A stretch of DNA of 36,740 bases from an uncultured Candidatus Saccharibacteria bacterium (GTDB taxonomy: Bacteria > Patescibacteriota > Minisyncoccia > JAHISW01 > Tagabacteraceae). This document shows positions 1 to 7,831 of this stretch, in pieces. Made by a program: the position numbers and the translations under genes. Location: contig CAZPYD010000001.1 in assembly GCA_964590835.1 (NCBI GenBank), positions 1 through 36,740 of the forward strand, given 5' to 3'. Under the pieces are notes generated by a model. It had not been told where the DNA came from, searched no databases, and worked only from the letters and a program-made list of their open reading frames with translations. Every line of letters begins with the position of its first letter. The first letter of the stretch is position 1.

Positions 1-160
1 GTCGTCTCAAAACAACACTCTGAAAAACCTTAAAAACCAAAATAAGGCCAATGAAAATAGCAAAAGTAATGGCGTATTTTAGCCCTGTATTACCCCAATA
101 TTCCTGTTGAAAATATGGGTGCAATAAAAATTGTTGAATATTTGTTGTAAATTCTTGCAT
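1..160 (-). CDS. N-terminal part of a membrane protein, probably MscS-family mechanosensitive channel (runs off window start)
   Basis: ATG at 160 reads MQEFTTNIQQFLLHPYFQQEYWGNTGLKYAITFAIFIGLILVFKVFQSVVLRR open to the edge; 'YWGNT..Y' plus TM helix resembles MscS N-termini. Confidence 0.45.
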   Translation of the reverse strand, partial: MQEFTTNIQQFLLHPYFQQEYWGNTGLKYAITFAIFIGLILVFKVFQSVVLRR

Positions 161-196
161 AACAGTGTTATTTTGACATAAATATCGTAAAAAATA

Positions 197-417
197 AACC
201 CCAAACCACCATAATTCCATTTTCGAACTCTGCGGAAAGGATTAGAGAATTAAGGAGTGTAGTAGAAAAATTCATCCTGTTTAAGCCCGACTGTCTACTT
301 TAATAAATCTATAAAAAAGACAGGAGGGTGAGATATGGGTTTTTCGTTAAGCGAAACGACTATAATTTTCAATTATTGAAGCAAAGAGAGAAAAGGGAGT
401 TATGGCGGTTTGGGGTT
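197..417. repeat. ~220-bp dispersed foldback/MITE-like element, copy 1
   Basis: Ends AACCCCAAACCACCATAATTCCATTTT / AAAAGGGAGTTATGGCGGTTTGGGGTT form a 27-bp inverted repeat with 3 mismatches; highly similar to 22585-22823 and 36125-36200. Confidence 0.9.
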
Positions 418-448
418 GAGAAGTAAGAACAAAAAACTCAAAAAAAAT

Positions 449-483
449 AACCCCCTTTGCGGAATATCCGCGTCGGGGGGTCT
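449..483 (-). terminator. GC-rich hairpin plus U-tract downstream of the 507-761 ORF
   Basis: Minus strand CCCCCCGACGCGGATATTCCGCAAAGGGGG followed by TTATTTTTTT; homologous to 841-873. Confidence 0.7.
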
Positions 484-506
484 GGGTTGGGCTTGTCTGT
501 CTAGGT

Positions 507-761
507 TCACTCTGGGAAAGCGTAGTAGCCTTCGCTAGCTCCCCAGCCGAGTTCATTTCCAGCACATTCGATTACTCCGGCTTGGTTTTTAAATTCTTCG
601 TCGCTCCCGCCGTTTTTGATGATCAGCTCAGCGCATTCGATAACATGTTTGTCCTCAAAAGGACATTCGCCTTCCATATAGTGTTGCTGGTACAGTTCTC
701 CTCTCTCCAGTTTAAGGACCTCTTCGGGTTTGCTTTCTCTAGTAAGTTTCAGGGTTTCCAT
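507..761 (-). CDS. Hypothetical 84-aa protein (start corrected to ATG 761)
   Basis: SD AAGGAG upstream of ATG (METLKLTRESK...), own promoter at 802-830 and terminator at 449-483. Confidence 0.75.
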   Translation of the reverse strand: METLKLTRESKPEEVLKLERGELYQQHYMEGECPFEDKHVIECAELIIKNGGSDEEFKNQAGVIECAGNELGWGASEGYYAFPE

Positions 762-801
762 TTCTCTCTCCTTGTTAATGGTTGTTTCAAAATCTAAGCC
801 A

Positions 802-830
802 AAAGTAGCACAGAGAAAGAGATGTGTCAA
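802..830 (-). promoter_or_regulatory. sigma70 promoter
   Basis: TTGACA-17 nt-TACTTT with extended -10 TG. Confidence 0.65.
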
Positions 831-840
831 ACAAAAAGGG

Positions 841-873
841 AACCCCCGTCGCGGTTTTCCGCGTCGGGGGTCT
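841..873 (-). terminator. GC-rich hairpin downstream of the 922-1128 ORF
   Basis: Minus strand CCCCCGACGCGGAAAACCGCGACGGGGG then TTCCCTTTTT; homologous to 449-483. Confidence 0.7.
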
Positions 874-921
874 TGGGGAGTTGGCCTAGACTTGCTAGAC
901 CAGGGCCGGCAGCCGTAACTG

Positions 922-1128
922 TTATTCATTGTTTTTTCTTAGAATGGTATAGGCTCTAATTTTGTCGCCTGTGACCAGTCTAATCTTTTCAACAGGGTGG
1001 TATCCGTTCGCTTCAAAGTCTTTTGCCCGCATGGTAGGACAGATGACTTCGTTTTCAGGGTCTTCAACCCTGATGGATACGCTTTCGCCTTCGCCAATAA
1101 CGACTTTTGTTACCTTGAAATGTGCCAT
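922..1128 (-). CDS. Hypothetical 68-aa protein
   Basis: SD AAGGAG upstream of ATG; consensus promoter upstream; terminator downstream. Confidence 0.75.
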   Translation of the reverse strand: MAHFKVTKVVIGEGESVSIRVEDPENEVICPTMRAKDFEANGYHPVEKIRLVTGDKIRAYTILRKNNE

Positions 1129-1181
1129 GTTTGATCTCCTTGTTATATTTGGTTGTTTTTGTATTTTTCAATTCTGTTTAT

Positions 1182-1209
1182 ATTATACATGAATTACATG
1201 ATTTGTCAA
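1182..1209 (-). promoter_or_regulatory. Consensus sigma70 promoter
   Basis: TTGACA-16 nt-TATAAT. Confidence 0.8.
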
Positions 1210-1226
1210 TAGCCACAAAAAATCGG

Positions 1227-2393
1227 TTATATCTTCCCTGTTTTTATTTTCTCGCGGATTTGGGCCACGTAGTTGCTAAAAAAGTGTAGGTTGTGGAAAG
1301 TAAGCAAGCTCATGGCGTTTATCTCGCCTGCTTTGAATAAATGGCAAACATAATTGCGACCGTAGTTTTGGCACACAAAGCAGTCGCACTTACTATCTAG
1401 TGGTTTTTTGTCTTTTAAGAATTTGGTCTGGCGCATATTTATTCTTCCCTTATTTGTATAAGCGAGGCCTCTGCGCGCATGGTGTGTTGGTACTATACAG
1501 TCAAAAGTATCTACTCCGTTTTTGATAATAAATTCCATATCTTCTAGGTAGCCTATTCCCAAGAGATGTCTTGGTTTGCTTTCGTCTAGGTTATCAAAAG
1601 ACCAGTTTAAAATTTCTTGGGTTTCTCGCTTGTTTGTTCCCATATCGCCGCCTATCCCAAATCCATCAAAAGGAAGCGAGTTAATAAACTTGGCGCTTTC
1701 CATTCGCAAATCTTTAAAGCACGAGCCTTGCACAATTCCATATAATGCCTGGTCGGGGTTCTTTTTCTTAGCTTTTATGCATATTTCTGCCCATTTATGA
1801 GTTCTTTCTAGGGACTTTTTCATATATTCTTTGTTTGCAAGTGGTGAGGTGCATTCGTCAAAGGCAAAAATAATATCAGCACCTATTTTCTCTTGGATTT
1901 TTATAGATTCTTTTGGGCCTAAAAAAATCTTGTCACCATTTATGGGTGAGCGAAACCAGACACCTTTATCAGTAATCTTAATAGACTTTGGCTGCTGCCC
2001 CTTCTTTATTTTTTTCTCAACTATCGAGGTTGGACCTCGATAGTTGGAGTTGGGTTTTAGGATTTTGCCTACTCCCAGGTCTTGGCCAAACCCCAAGCTA
2101 AATACCTGAAAGCCACCAGAGTCTGTCATGGTTGGCTTGTCCCAGTTCATAAACTTGTGTATTCCGCCTGATTTTTTTAGCACATTTTCACCCGGCTTAA
2201 GGTGCAAATGAAAGGTGTTAGAGATAAGTAGCTGGCTGCCGGTTTTTTTAACTAGCTCTGTCGGCAAAGCCTTAATGGTGGCCTGCGTAGCCACAGGCAC
2301 AAAAGCCGGTGTGCGTACAACACCGTGTGAGGTTTTGAGAAGACCCAGTCTGGCCTTACTCTTCTTTGATTTCTTTAAAATTTTGAATTCCAT
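1227..2393 (-). CDS. tgt: tRNA-guanine transglycosylase
   Basis: Motifs ARLG..T.HG...TPAF.PVAT, NTFHL, TDSGGFQVFSL, FDEC, GIVQG, RHLLGIG, DTFDC..PT, Zn site CDCFVC...H, HNL. Confidence 0.97.
   Translation of the reverse strand: MEFKILKKSKKSKARLGLLKTSHGVVRTPAFVPVATQATIKALPTELVKKTGSQLLISNTFHLHLKPGENVLKKSGGIHKFMNWDKPTMTDSGGFQVFSLGFGQDLGVGKILKPNSNYRGPTSIVEKKIKKGQQPKSIKITDKGVWFRSPINGDKIFLGPKESIKIQEKIGADIIFAFDECTSPLANKEYMKKSLERTHKWAEICIKAKKKNPDQALYGIVQGSCFKDLRMESAKFINSLPFDGFGIGGDMGTNKRETQEILNWSFDNLDESKPRHLLGIGYLEDMEFIIKNGVDTFDCIVPTHHARRGLAYTNKGRINMRQTKFLKDKKPLDSKCDCFVCQNYGRNYVCHLFKAGEINAMSLLTFHNLHFFSNYVAQIREKIKTGKI
2018..2046. repeat. Perfect REP-like hairpin inside tgt (encodes NYRGPTSIV)
   Basis: CAACTATCGAGGT-TGG-ACCTCGATAGTTG, 13-bp perfect stem; core GAGGTCCAACCTC shared with 32615-32637. 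Confidence 0.85.
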
Positions 2394-2500
2394 AATGGGG
2401 TTATCCTAGCAAAGATTTTGCTGTTTGTGTATATAATTGATATAATGCAAAAGATAAAGGAAGGTCGAGTTTTTATATTTTATAAAAAAAAAATAAAAAA

Positions 2501-2788
2501 ATGGACGAAGAAAAGAAAAAGTTTCAAGGGGACTGGATATGTTCTGGTTGTGGTGCACCTATTACAGAGCTTCCTTTTCAGCCAGATCCGGCTAGAGAAG
2601 GTGAGCTGACTTGTTTTGATTGTCATAAACAAAAAATGGCAAATAATCCTCGTGGAGAACGCAGAAAGTTCCAAGGAGACTGGAAATGCGGAAAATGCGG
2701 AGGCGCAATAACCGAGCTTCCATTTCAACCAAACCCTCAAGGATTAGACAGACTAATGTGTATTGATTGTTTTAAAAAAAGTAAATAA
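2501..2788 (+). CDS. Tandem CxxC-x17-CxxC zinc-binding domain protein
   Basis: Two repeats of KFQGDW.C..CG..ITELPFQP......L.C.DC; promoter TTGCTG-17-TATAAT at 2418-2446. Confidence 0.85.
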   Translation: MDEEKKKFQGDWICSGCGAPITELPFQPDPAREGELTCFDCHKQKMANNPRGERRKFQGDWKCGKCGGAITELPFQPNPQGLDRLMCIDCFKKSK

Positions 2789-2808
2789 ATTTCTTAAAAA
2801 AATCAAAA

Positions 2809-2845
2809 CAAAAAAGTCTCCGAAAAACATCGGAGACTTTTTTGT
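2809..2845. terminator. Bidirectional intrinsic terminator
   Basis: AAAAAAGTCTCCGA-AAAACA-TCGGAGACTTTTTT between convergent genes. Confidence 0.85.
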
Positions 2846-2865
2846 TTGTAATCTAAGTCGATATA

Positions 2866-3075
2866 TTACATTCCACATTTGTGGCTCATCATTTTAGGAC
2901 ATGTAAAGATCATAGCAAGTGCTGATAGTCCAACCAGACTGTAAACAACACGAGAAGCCATTGTCATGTCGCCAAAAATAGAAGCAACCAGGTCAAAATT
3001 GAAAAAACCAATTAAGCCCCAGTTTAGACCACCAATAACTACTAAAACAAAAATAATCCAGTTTAATGTTTTCAT
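2866..3075 (-). CDS. DUF378-family small membrane protein
   Basis: LVVIGGLNWGLIGFFNFDLVASIFG....SRVVY.LVGLSAL signature. Confidence 0.9.
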   Translation of the reverse strand: MKTLNWIIFVLVVIGGLNWGLIGFFNFDLVASIFGDMTMASRVVYSLVGLSALAMIFTCPKMMSHKCGM

Positions 3076-3129
3076 TTTTATTAAAAATATAAAATTTATA
3101 AAAATCGACCTTGTTTCTTAATTCGTTGG

Positions 3130-3738
3130 TTAAGAGAAAGCTATTTTTTTATATATCTTGCGAGTAACCTCTACGTCTCGTTTACAATATTCCAAAATCT
3201 CTTTTATTTTTCCTTTTTTATAAAAATTATAAACCTGGGATCCGTCTATCCCCTCTTTTGGTGTAGGGATACCTAATGCCAACGCTAATTTTTCCAGGCC
3301 TATTTTTCGCATCGCCCATTTCATCCATTCTCTATCTGTATCAAACATAGGATTGCGCCTATATCTGGCAAAATTAAGATCTTTTGTTGGAGTAACGCCA
3401 TTTACTATAGATCTTTGATAAATAAAGCGCATATCAAAGTCAATAATATTATGACCAATAAACAAATAAGCATCTTGGGCTATTTGCCAAAACTCTTGGA
3501 GCATTTTTGCTTCGTCGCTTTCTGCATATAGCACTTCTGCCGGGTTGTCGTCTATGGCATAACCAATGCAAAATATTCGCCCAAAAGCTCCATCAAAGGA
3601 GGTATTTAAAAGATACTGTTCAAAATCTTGCCCGAGATCTTTATTTTTTTCTAGTGCTTTTTTATGTAAAAATTTTACCGCTTCGTGTTTATTTTCCGGT
3701 GCAGGTAAAGTTTCTATATCCAAATATAGCTTGCTCAT
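3130..3738 (-). CDS. Stand-alone DEDDy/PolB-like 3'-5' exonuclease (RNase H fold)
   Basis: ExoI LYLDIET, ExoII GHNIIDFD, ExoIII YCKRDV. Confidence 0.85.
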   Translation of the reverse strand: MSKLYLDIETLPAPENKHEAVKFLHKKALEKNKDLGQDFEQYLLNTSFDGAFGRIFCIGYAIDDNPAEVLYAESDEAKMLQEFWQIAQDAYLFIGHNIIDFDMRFIYQRSIVNGVTPTKDLNFARYRRNPMFDTDREWMKWAMRKIGLEKLALALGIPTPKEGIDGSQVYNFYKKGKIKEILEYCKRDVEVTRKIYKKIAFS

Positions 3739-3839
3739 ACATAAATATTATACCACAAAAACTGCAGCCGGGGCTGTGGAGAAGTTTAAATACTAAAAAA
3801 TAAACACCTTACCCCTTGAGGTATTTATTTTTTATTGTA

Positions 3840-3867
3840 TTGACTTTTTAGATATTTTGTGTATAAT
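3840..3867 (+). promoter_or_regulatory. sigma70 promoter
   Basis: TTGACT-16 nt-TATAAT upstream of the 3920 ORF. Confidence 0.75.
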
Positions 3868-3919
3868 GAAATCAGATAAAAAAAAATTTTAAAATACAAA
3901 ACCATCAAGGAGGATAGCC

Positions 3920-4138
3920 ATGTCAAATGTTTTTAACAACAATCATCCAGAATTAAAAAAGGGTGAGATATTTTTGCTAAACATTGGGTGGAATGAATTC
4001 AATGAAATTAAATGGAAAACAAAAAGACAGGGTAAACACGCTTATACTAATCACGGACGCCCTGTGAAAAGACTCGTCCCTGTTTTTGTTCAGCATTCAG
4101 AATTAGAAGCCGCTGGATATAATTCAGATGATATTTAA
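3920..4138 (+). CDS. Hypothetical 72-aa protein
   Basis: AAGGAGG SD, own promoter, terminator at 4164-4190. Confidence 0.8.
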   Translation: MSNVFNNNHPELKKGEIFLLNIGWNEFNEIKWKTKRQGKHAYTNHGRPVKRLVPVFVQHSELEAAGYNSDDI

Positions 4139-4163
4139 TAACAATCAAATCATCGCGACGATT

Positions 4164-4190
4164 AAAAGGCCACAGTTAGTGGCCTTTTTT
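4164..4190. terminator. Bidirectional intrinsic terminator
   Basis: AAAAGGCCAC-AGTTA-GTGGCCTTTT between convergent genes. Confidence 0.8.
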
Positions 4191-4953
4191 ATTTCATTTT
4201 TTTGAAACCTTTGTCTTTGTGTAGTTGTGCTGGTGTGTATACCGAAGTTTTTTCTGGCAAGAATTTTTTTAAGTGGTCGTTTATAGGTTTTACTCCAAGC
4301 GCTTTTATTTCACCCTTTTCTGGCTTCCCCCAAACAACAACGACATCGTTTTGTTTTATTTTAATACCCGGTCTTAGGCGTGTTTTTGAAGAAGTACTTA
4401 TTTTAAAATCTTTTCTATTCCTTGTTTGTAAAACAAAGCCATCATCGACAAACTCAACCACTTTTCCGCGATAAACATTTTTTGTTTTTGGTACACCATA
4501 ATCTCGATACATTTTTCCCATAATTGGCAGTTTGTCTTTTTCGGCTTGTATTAAAAGAGATGAATGCACTGGTGTTTTGTCTATAAAAAATCCACCCAAA
4601 AGAGCCAAGAAAATAAATCCTAAAAAAGAATATAAAATTGGTCTGCGATAAACAAGAGAAAATCTGCGAGTAAGTGCCCCTAAAAGAATTACCAAAATTA
4701 TCAAAACCAACAAAAGCAACCATGGCACAGAGAAAAAGAATGGCACCACCCCCTTGAGTCCAAATTTAAGTAAATACAATCCCCCACTCAAGCGCAAAAT
4801 AAACAAAATAAGGCCGACCAAAAAGAACATGGCGATAGCCACACCCAAAGCAGCCAAAATAGCTAATACTGTTTTTAGCATAAAATGCCACTTTGGCTTC
4901 ATTTTTAATTCTCCATTTTTGATTTTATTTATTATTGTTTGTATTTTCGTCAT
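4189..4953 (-). CDS. Three-TM membrane protein with C-terminal OB-fold/DUF5666-like domain; candidate anti-sigma partner
   Basis: Overlaps the 3' end of the ECF sigma gene; hydrophobic N-half, beta-rich C-half (YRGKVVE...F.LQ...ISTSSKTR...DVVVVWG). Confidence 0.6.
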   Translation of the reverse strand: MTKIQTIINKIKNGELKMKPKWHFMLKTVLAILAALGVAIAMFFLVGLILFILRLSGGLYLLKFGLKGVVPFFFSVPWLLLLVLIILVILLGALTRRFSLVYRRPILYSFLGFIFLALLGGFFIDKTPVHSSLLIQAEKDKLPIMGKMYRDYGVPKTKNVYRGKVVEFVDDGFVLQTRNRKDFKISTSSKTRLRPGIKIKQNDVVVVWGKPEKGEIKALGVKPINDHLKKFLPEKTSVYTPAQLHKDKGFKKMK

Positions 4954-5500
4954 ATTTCTTTTTTATAAGTTCCTTTGCTCTTTTTAACCTAACCCCGACC
5001 GTGGCAATTGGTATCCTTAAAACATCTGCGATCTCTTTGTAGCTCAATTCTTCAAAATAATACAATATTATTACTTCGCGATATTTAGGCTTTAATTTAG
5101 TCAAATATTTGTCTGTAATTTCTTGGGCTTCTCTCTCTAATGCTTTTTTATCGGCCTTTTCTTCTGACAAAAAATGTGGGAAAAGAGTGTCTAAATTAAA
5201 AATCGGAACAGGTTCTTTTTTGCACTTTCTGATTGTATTGATAAACTCGTTATGAGCTATTCTGTATATCCATGGAGAAAATCTTTTTGCTGTATCAAAA
5301 CTTTGTATGTTGATAAATATTTTTACAAACACATTCTGTATGGCATCCTGCGCATCTTCGTAATTAAACAAGAATTTTCGAGCGTAGCGCAACATTTTGG
5401 CCTCGTATCTGTCTATCAAAACATCAAAAAGATCAGTTTGACCTAATTGTATTTTTTGCGCAATTTCTTCATCTGTTATTTTGTTATCTATAATAGACAT
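4925..5500 (-). CDS. ECF-type RNA polymerase sigma-70 factor
   Basis: Region 2 (DAQDAIQNVFVK...FSPWIYRIAHN) and region 4 (LKPKYREVIILYYFEELSYKEIADVL.IP..TVGVRL.RAK). Confidence 0.95.
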   Translation of the reverse strand: MSIIDNKITDEEIAQKIQLGQTDLFDVLIDRYEAKMLRYARKFLFNYEDAQDAIQNVFVKIFINIQSFDTAKRFSPWIYRIAHNEFINTIRKCKKEPVPIFNLDTLFPHFLSEEKADKKALEREAQEITDKYLTKLKPKYREVIILYYFEELSYKEIADVLRIPIATVGVRLKRAKELIKKKYDENTNNNK

Positions 5501-5572
5501 AATATGCTCCTAGAGTCTGTTCATAATCTTAACAATATTACACTTCAAAATGCAATTTTATTTCAAAATAAA

Positions 5573-5601
5573 AAATGACCCATACTGGGTATGGGCCATT
5601 T
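5573..5601 (-). terminator. Hairpin terminator of the 5624 ORF
   Basis: AAATGACCCATAC-TGG-GTATGGGCCATTT with T-run on the minus strand. Confidence 0.65.
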
Positions 5602-5623
5602 AAAATTTTAAGGGTTTATTTAT

Positions 5624-6253
5624 TTAAATATTTATCCAGTCGTTAATTTTAATAGCCTGACTGGATTTAATTTCAAAGTATTTGGGTTCTTCACACTTTG
5701 GTCTCTCAAACTGGCAAGGAAGCACTTTGAAAGTAGCTCCAAAATCTTTTATTTTTATTATTCTCCCTTCACTGTATTTAAGCACATTGGGATCACCACC
5801 AAAACGGTCTCTTGGTATTCTATACATATCGCCAACCTGCGGCTGTTCGCGAGGTGGTAAATACCCCACATCAAACTCAATCCCTTGCTTCGTGTTTACA
5901 ACAGGATAACCAGAAACAAGAAGGTCAGGATTATTTTCTGCAAGCCTGACTTTTAAAATAGAAAAAAGCATTTGGGTTATCATTTTTGATATTAACATGT
6001 TTTTTTCTGTGTCAATGGTGGTCGCTAAACAAGGCAAGGGGCAAAAAGGGATAAATAATCCTTCTGTAAAAGGAAGAAACCTGGAACAAGGAATGTAAAA
6101 ATAATTAGGCCAATATGCACTATGTCCATTTCCAGCCCCGGATTCGTTATAATAAATATTTACAAAATCTAAAAAACGCCTCGCATCAGCTAATGAATGA
6201 AATATAAAAGACTTAAGTTTATTATTTTCAAGTATTTTTAATCTTACTTTCAT
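5624..6253 (-). CDS. Hypothetical protein (start corrected to ATG 6253)
   Basis: GAGAGG SD-like before ATG (MKVRLK...); promoter TTGCCC-17-TAATTT at 6294-6322. Confidence 0.65.
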   Translation of the reverse strand: MKVRLKILENNKLKSFIFHSLADARRFLDFVNIYYNESGAGNGHSAYWPNYFYIPCSRFLPFTEGLFIPFCPLPCLATTIDTEKNMLISKMITQMLFSILKVRLAENNPDLLVSGYPVVNTKQGIEFDVGYLPPREQPQVGDMYRIPRDRFGGDPNVLKYSEGRIIKIKDFGATFKVLPCQFERPKCEEPKYFEIKSSQAIKINDWINI

Positions 6254-6386
6254 TTCGTGCCTCTCTTGTTTTTTAAGTTTCAAAACTTTTTAAAAATTAA
6301 CACGTTTTTTGGGCTTGGGCAAGTTATATTTACTAAAGTGATTAAATTTTATATACTTTAGGGGTGGAAAATTGAATAATATATTT

Positions 6387-6461
6387 TGCCGGATGGTGCA
6401 ATGGTAGTCACGCCTGGTTTTGGTCCAGGAAATCGGGGTTCGAGTCCCTGTCCGGCAGCCA
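6387..6461 (+). tRNA. tRNA-Gln (anticodon TTG), CCA encoded
   Basis: Acceptor TGCCGGA/TCCGGCA, anticodon arm CCTGG-TTTTGGT-CCAGG, T-loop GTTCGAGTC; promoter TTTACT-17-TATACT at 6329-6357. Confidence 0.97.
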
Positions 6462-6646
6462 CCAAAGTTGCTCGCGAGTTTGCGAGCGACACACAACTTT
6501 GAGTGTGCAGCATTTTTAATGCTGCATTCCTTAAGTTTGTTATCCGAAGCGAAGCGGAGTGATGACAGTAAAGCGAGCCGGGGTCGGCGAACACTTTGGC
6601 TTTTGGAGCCCGCAGGGCGAACAAAAGACTTAGTGATTCGTGACCA

Positions 6647-6663
6647 AGTCCCTGTCCGGCAGC
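6647..6663 (+). repeat. Direct repeat of tRNA-Gln 3' end (att-like)
   Basis: AGTCCCTGTCCGGCAGC identical to 6443-6459. Confidence 0.85.
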
Positions 6664-6946
6664 AAAAGACAGTTAGTCCCGATGTGTATGCATTAGGGCT
6701 TTACTGTCTTTCTGTCCGGAAAGGATGGGAAAGGCACAGACAGGCTTGAGGCCAAGCCCCCCCCTGTCCAACTATTATATAAATATCCACGAGAGTAATC
6801 GAGTCTCCCTACTAACAAATCACAACCTAAGTCTTACAATATCTTCAAAGCGGGTCTTTTTTGCGTCTACCTCCCCCCTTGACCCAAAACAATTCTTAGT
6901 TTAATCTGTACTTAAAATCGAAGTACCTAAACAAGGAGGTTCAGCA

Positions 6947-7367
6947 ATGACTCAGATTAAAAATGGAAAAAATCCTGAAAAGAAACCTGAAAAGAAAAAA
7001 GAAACCAAGAAGGAAAAAGCGTTGCGTTTGCAATATTTGTTTGACGGATTTAAAACAGAAGAAGAATGGCTTGAATCAATAAGGCAAGGTGCAAAAAAAA
7101 GACTGGGCTTATTGGACAAAGGATAAAGAAAAAATAGACGAAACAGAAGAAGAATTTATACATAGATACATAGAAACTTGCAGGTTTTTGACTGAAATGC
7201 AAGCTAGATACATTGTATCGGTGTATTCTGTGAAGGCGTTGGATCAGTCTCTTAGATATTATCAAAGCGACGGATATCGTTGCGAGCAGATAGTAAGAAA
7301 AACTGACAATCATATGACAAAAGCTGCCGGGTTGATTATGAGAGCTCCATATTTGTCTGGTGGCTGA
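6947..7367 (+). pseudogene. ~140-aa hypothetical gene split by a frameshift in an A8 tract (7093-7100)
   Basis: Promoter TTGACC-17-TAATCT (6879-6907), AAGGAGG SD, ATG 6947 frame stops at 7126; deleting one A joins it to the 7089-7367 frame. Confidence 0.65.
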
Positions 7368-7401
7368 GGTGGCCATTAATCAAACTGCAAGTTTGCAGTC
7401 A

Positions 7402-7431
7402 AAATCCCCTGTCTTCTAAGACAGGGGATTT
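7402..7431 (+). terminator. Hairpin terminator
   Basis: AAATCCCCTGTCTT-CT-AAGACAGGGGATTT. Confidence 0.75.
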
Positions 7432-7579
7432 AAATTTGCCTCACATTTTTAATAAAAGTATATAAAACTCACGATCGTGAAAGTTGTATACTTTTTCTTT
7501 GCTTGACCAAACCAGACTTCCCTTTTTTGATAAACCTTTTCGTTTGCCAATTGAGTGTTATGGTAATAAAATTTGAGTA

Positions 7580-7831
7580 ATGTACCACACCTACATCCTC
7601 CAATGCGCCGACAACACTCTATACACCGGCTCCACAAATAATCTCGAAAAAAGATTGAGGCAACATAATGAGCTTAAATCCGGCGCGCATTATACAAAAA
7701 TTCGCAGACCGGTAAAATTGATATATTCAGAAGAATTTGAAACACTAAAAGAAGCCCGACAACGAGAAAACGAAATAAAAAGCTGGCCACGAAAAAAGAA
7801 ATTGGCTTTAATAGACAAACAACGCAGTTAA
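7580..7831 (+). CDS. GIY-YIG nuclease (UPF0213/YhbQ-like)
   Basis: YTYILQC.D.TLYTGST.NL.KRL.QHN...GA.YT..RRPV.L.Y.E......A..RE..IK.W.R.KKL.LI. Confidence 0.93.
   Translation: MYHTYILQCADNTLYTGSTNNLEKRLRQHNELKSGAHYTKIRRPVKLIYSEEFETLKEARQRENEIKSWPRKKKLALIDKQRS

Noticed and set aside
762-929. N-terminal extension of the 507-929 ORF in the track
   Set aside because: It spans a terminator and a promoter; the SD supports ATG 761
449-1209. Integron cassette array
   Set aside because: No tyrosine integrase and no RYYYAAC...GTTRRRY attC boxes; each unit has its own promoter
2501-2788. Internal repeat as a DGR template/variable pair
   Set aside because: Ordinary tandem domain duplication; differences are not adenine-specific and there is no reverse transcriptase in the window
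6290-6749. Short ORFs 6290-6496, 6358-6624 and 6420-6749
   Set aside because: They overlap tRNA-Gln and the non-coding att-flanked insert and show no protein motifs
6664-6812. Possible second tRNA-end relic (CGAGTCTCCCT near 6800) after a long hairpin at 6665-6710
   Set aside because: Match to the tRNA 3' end is too short and degenerate to support
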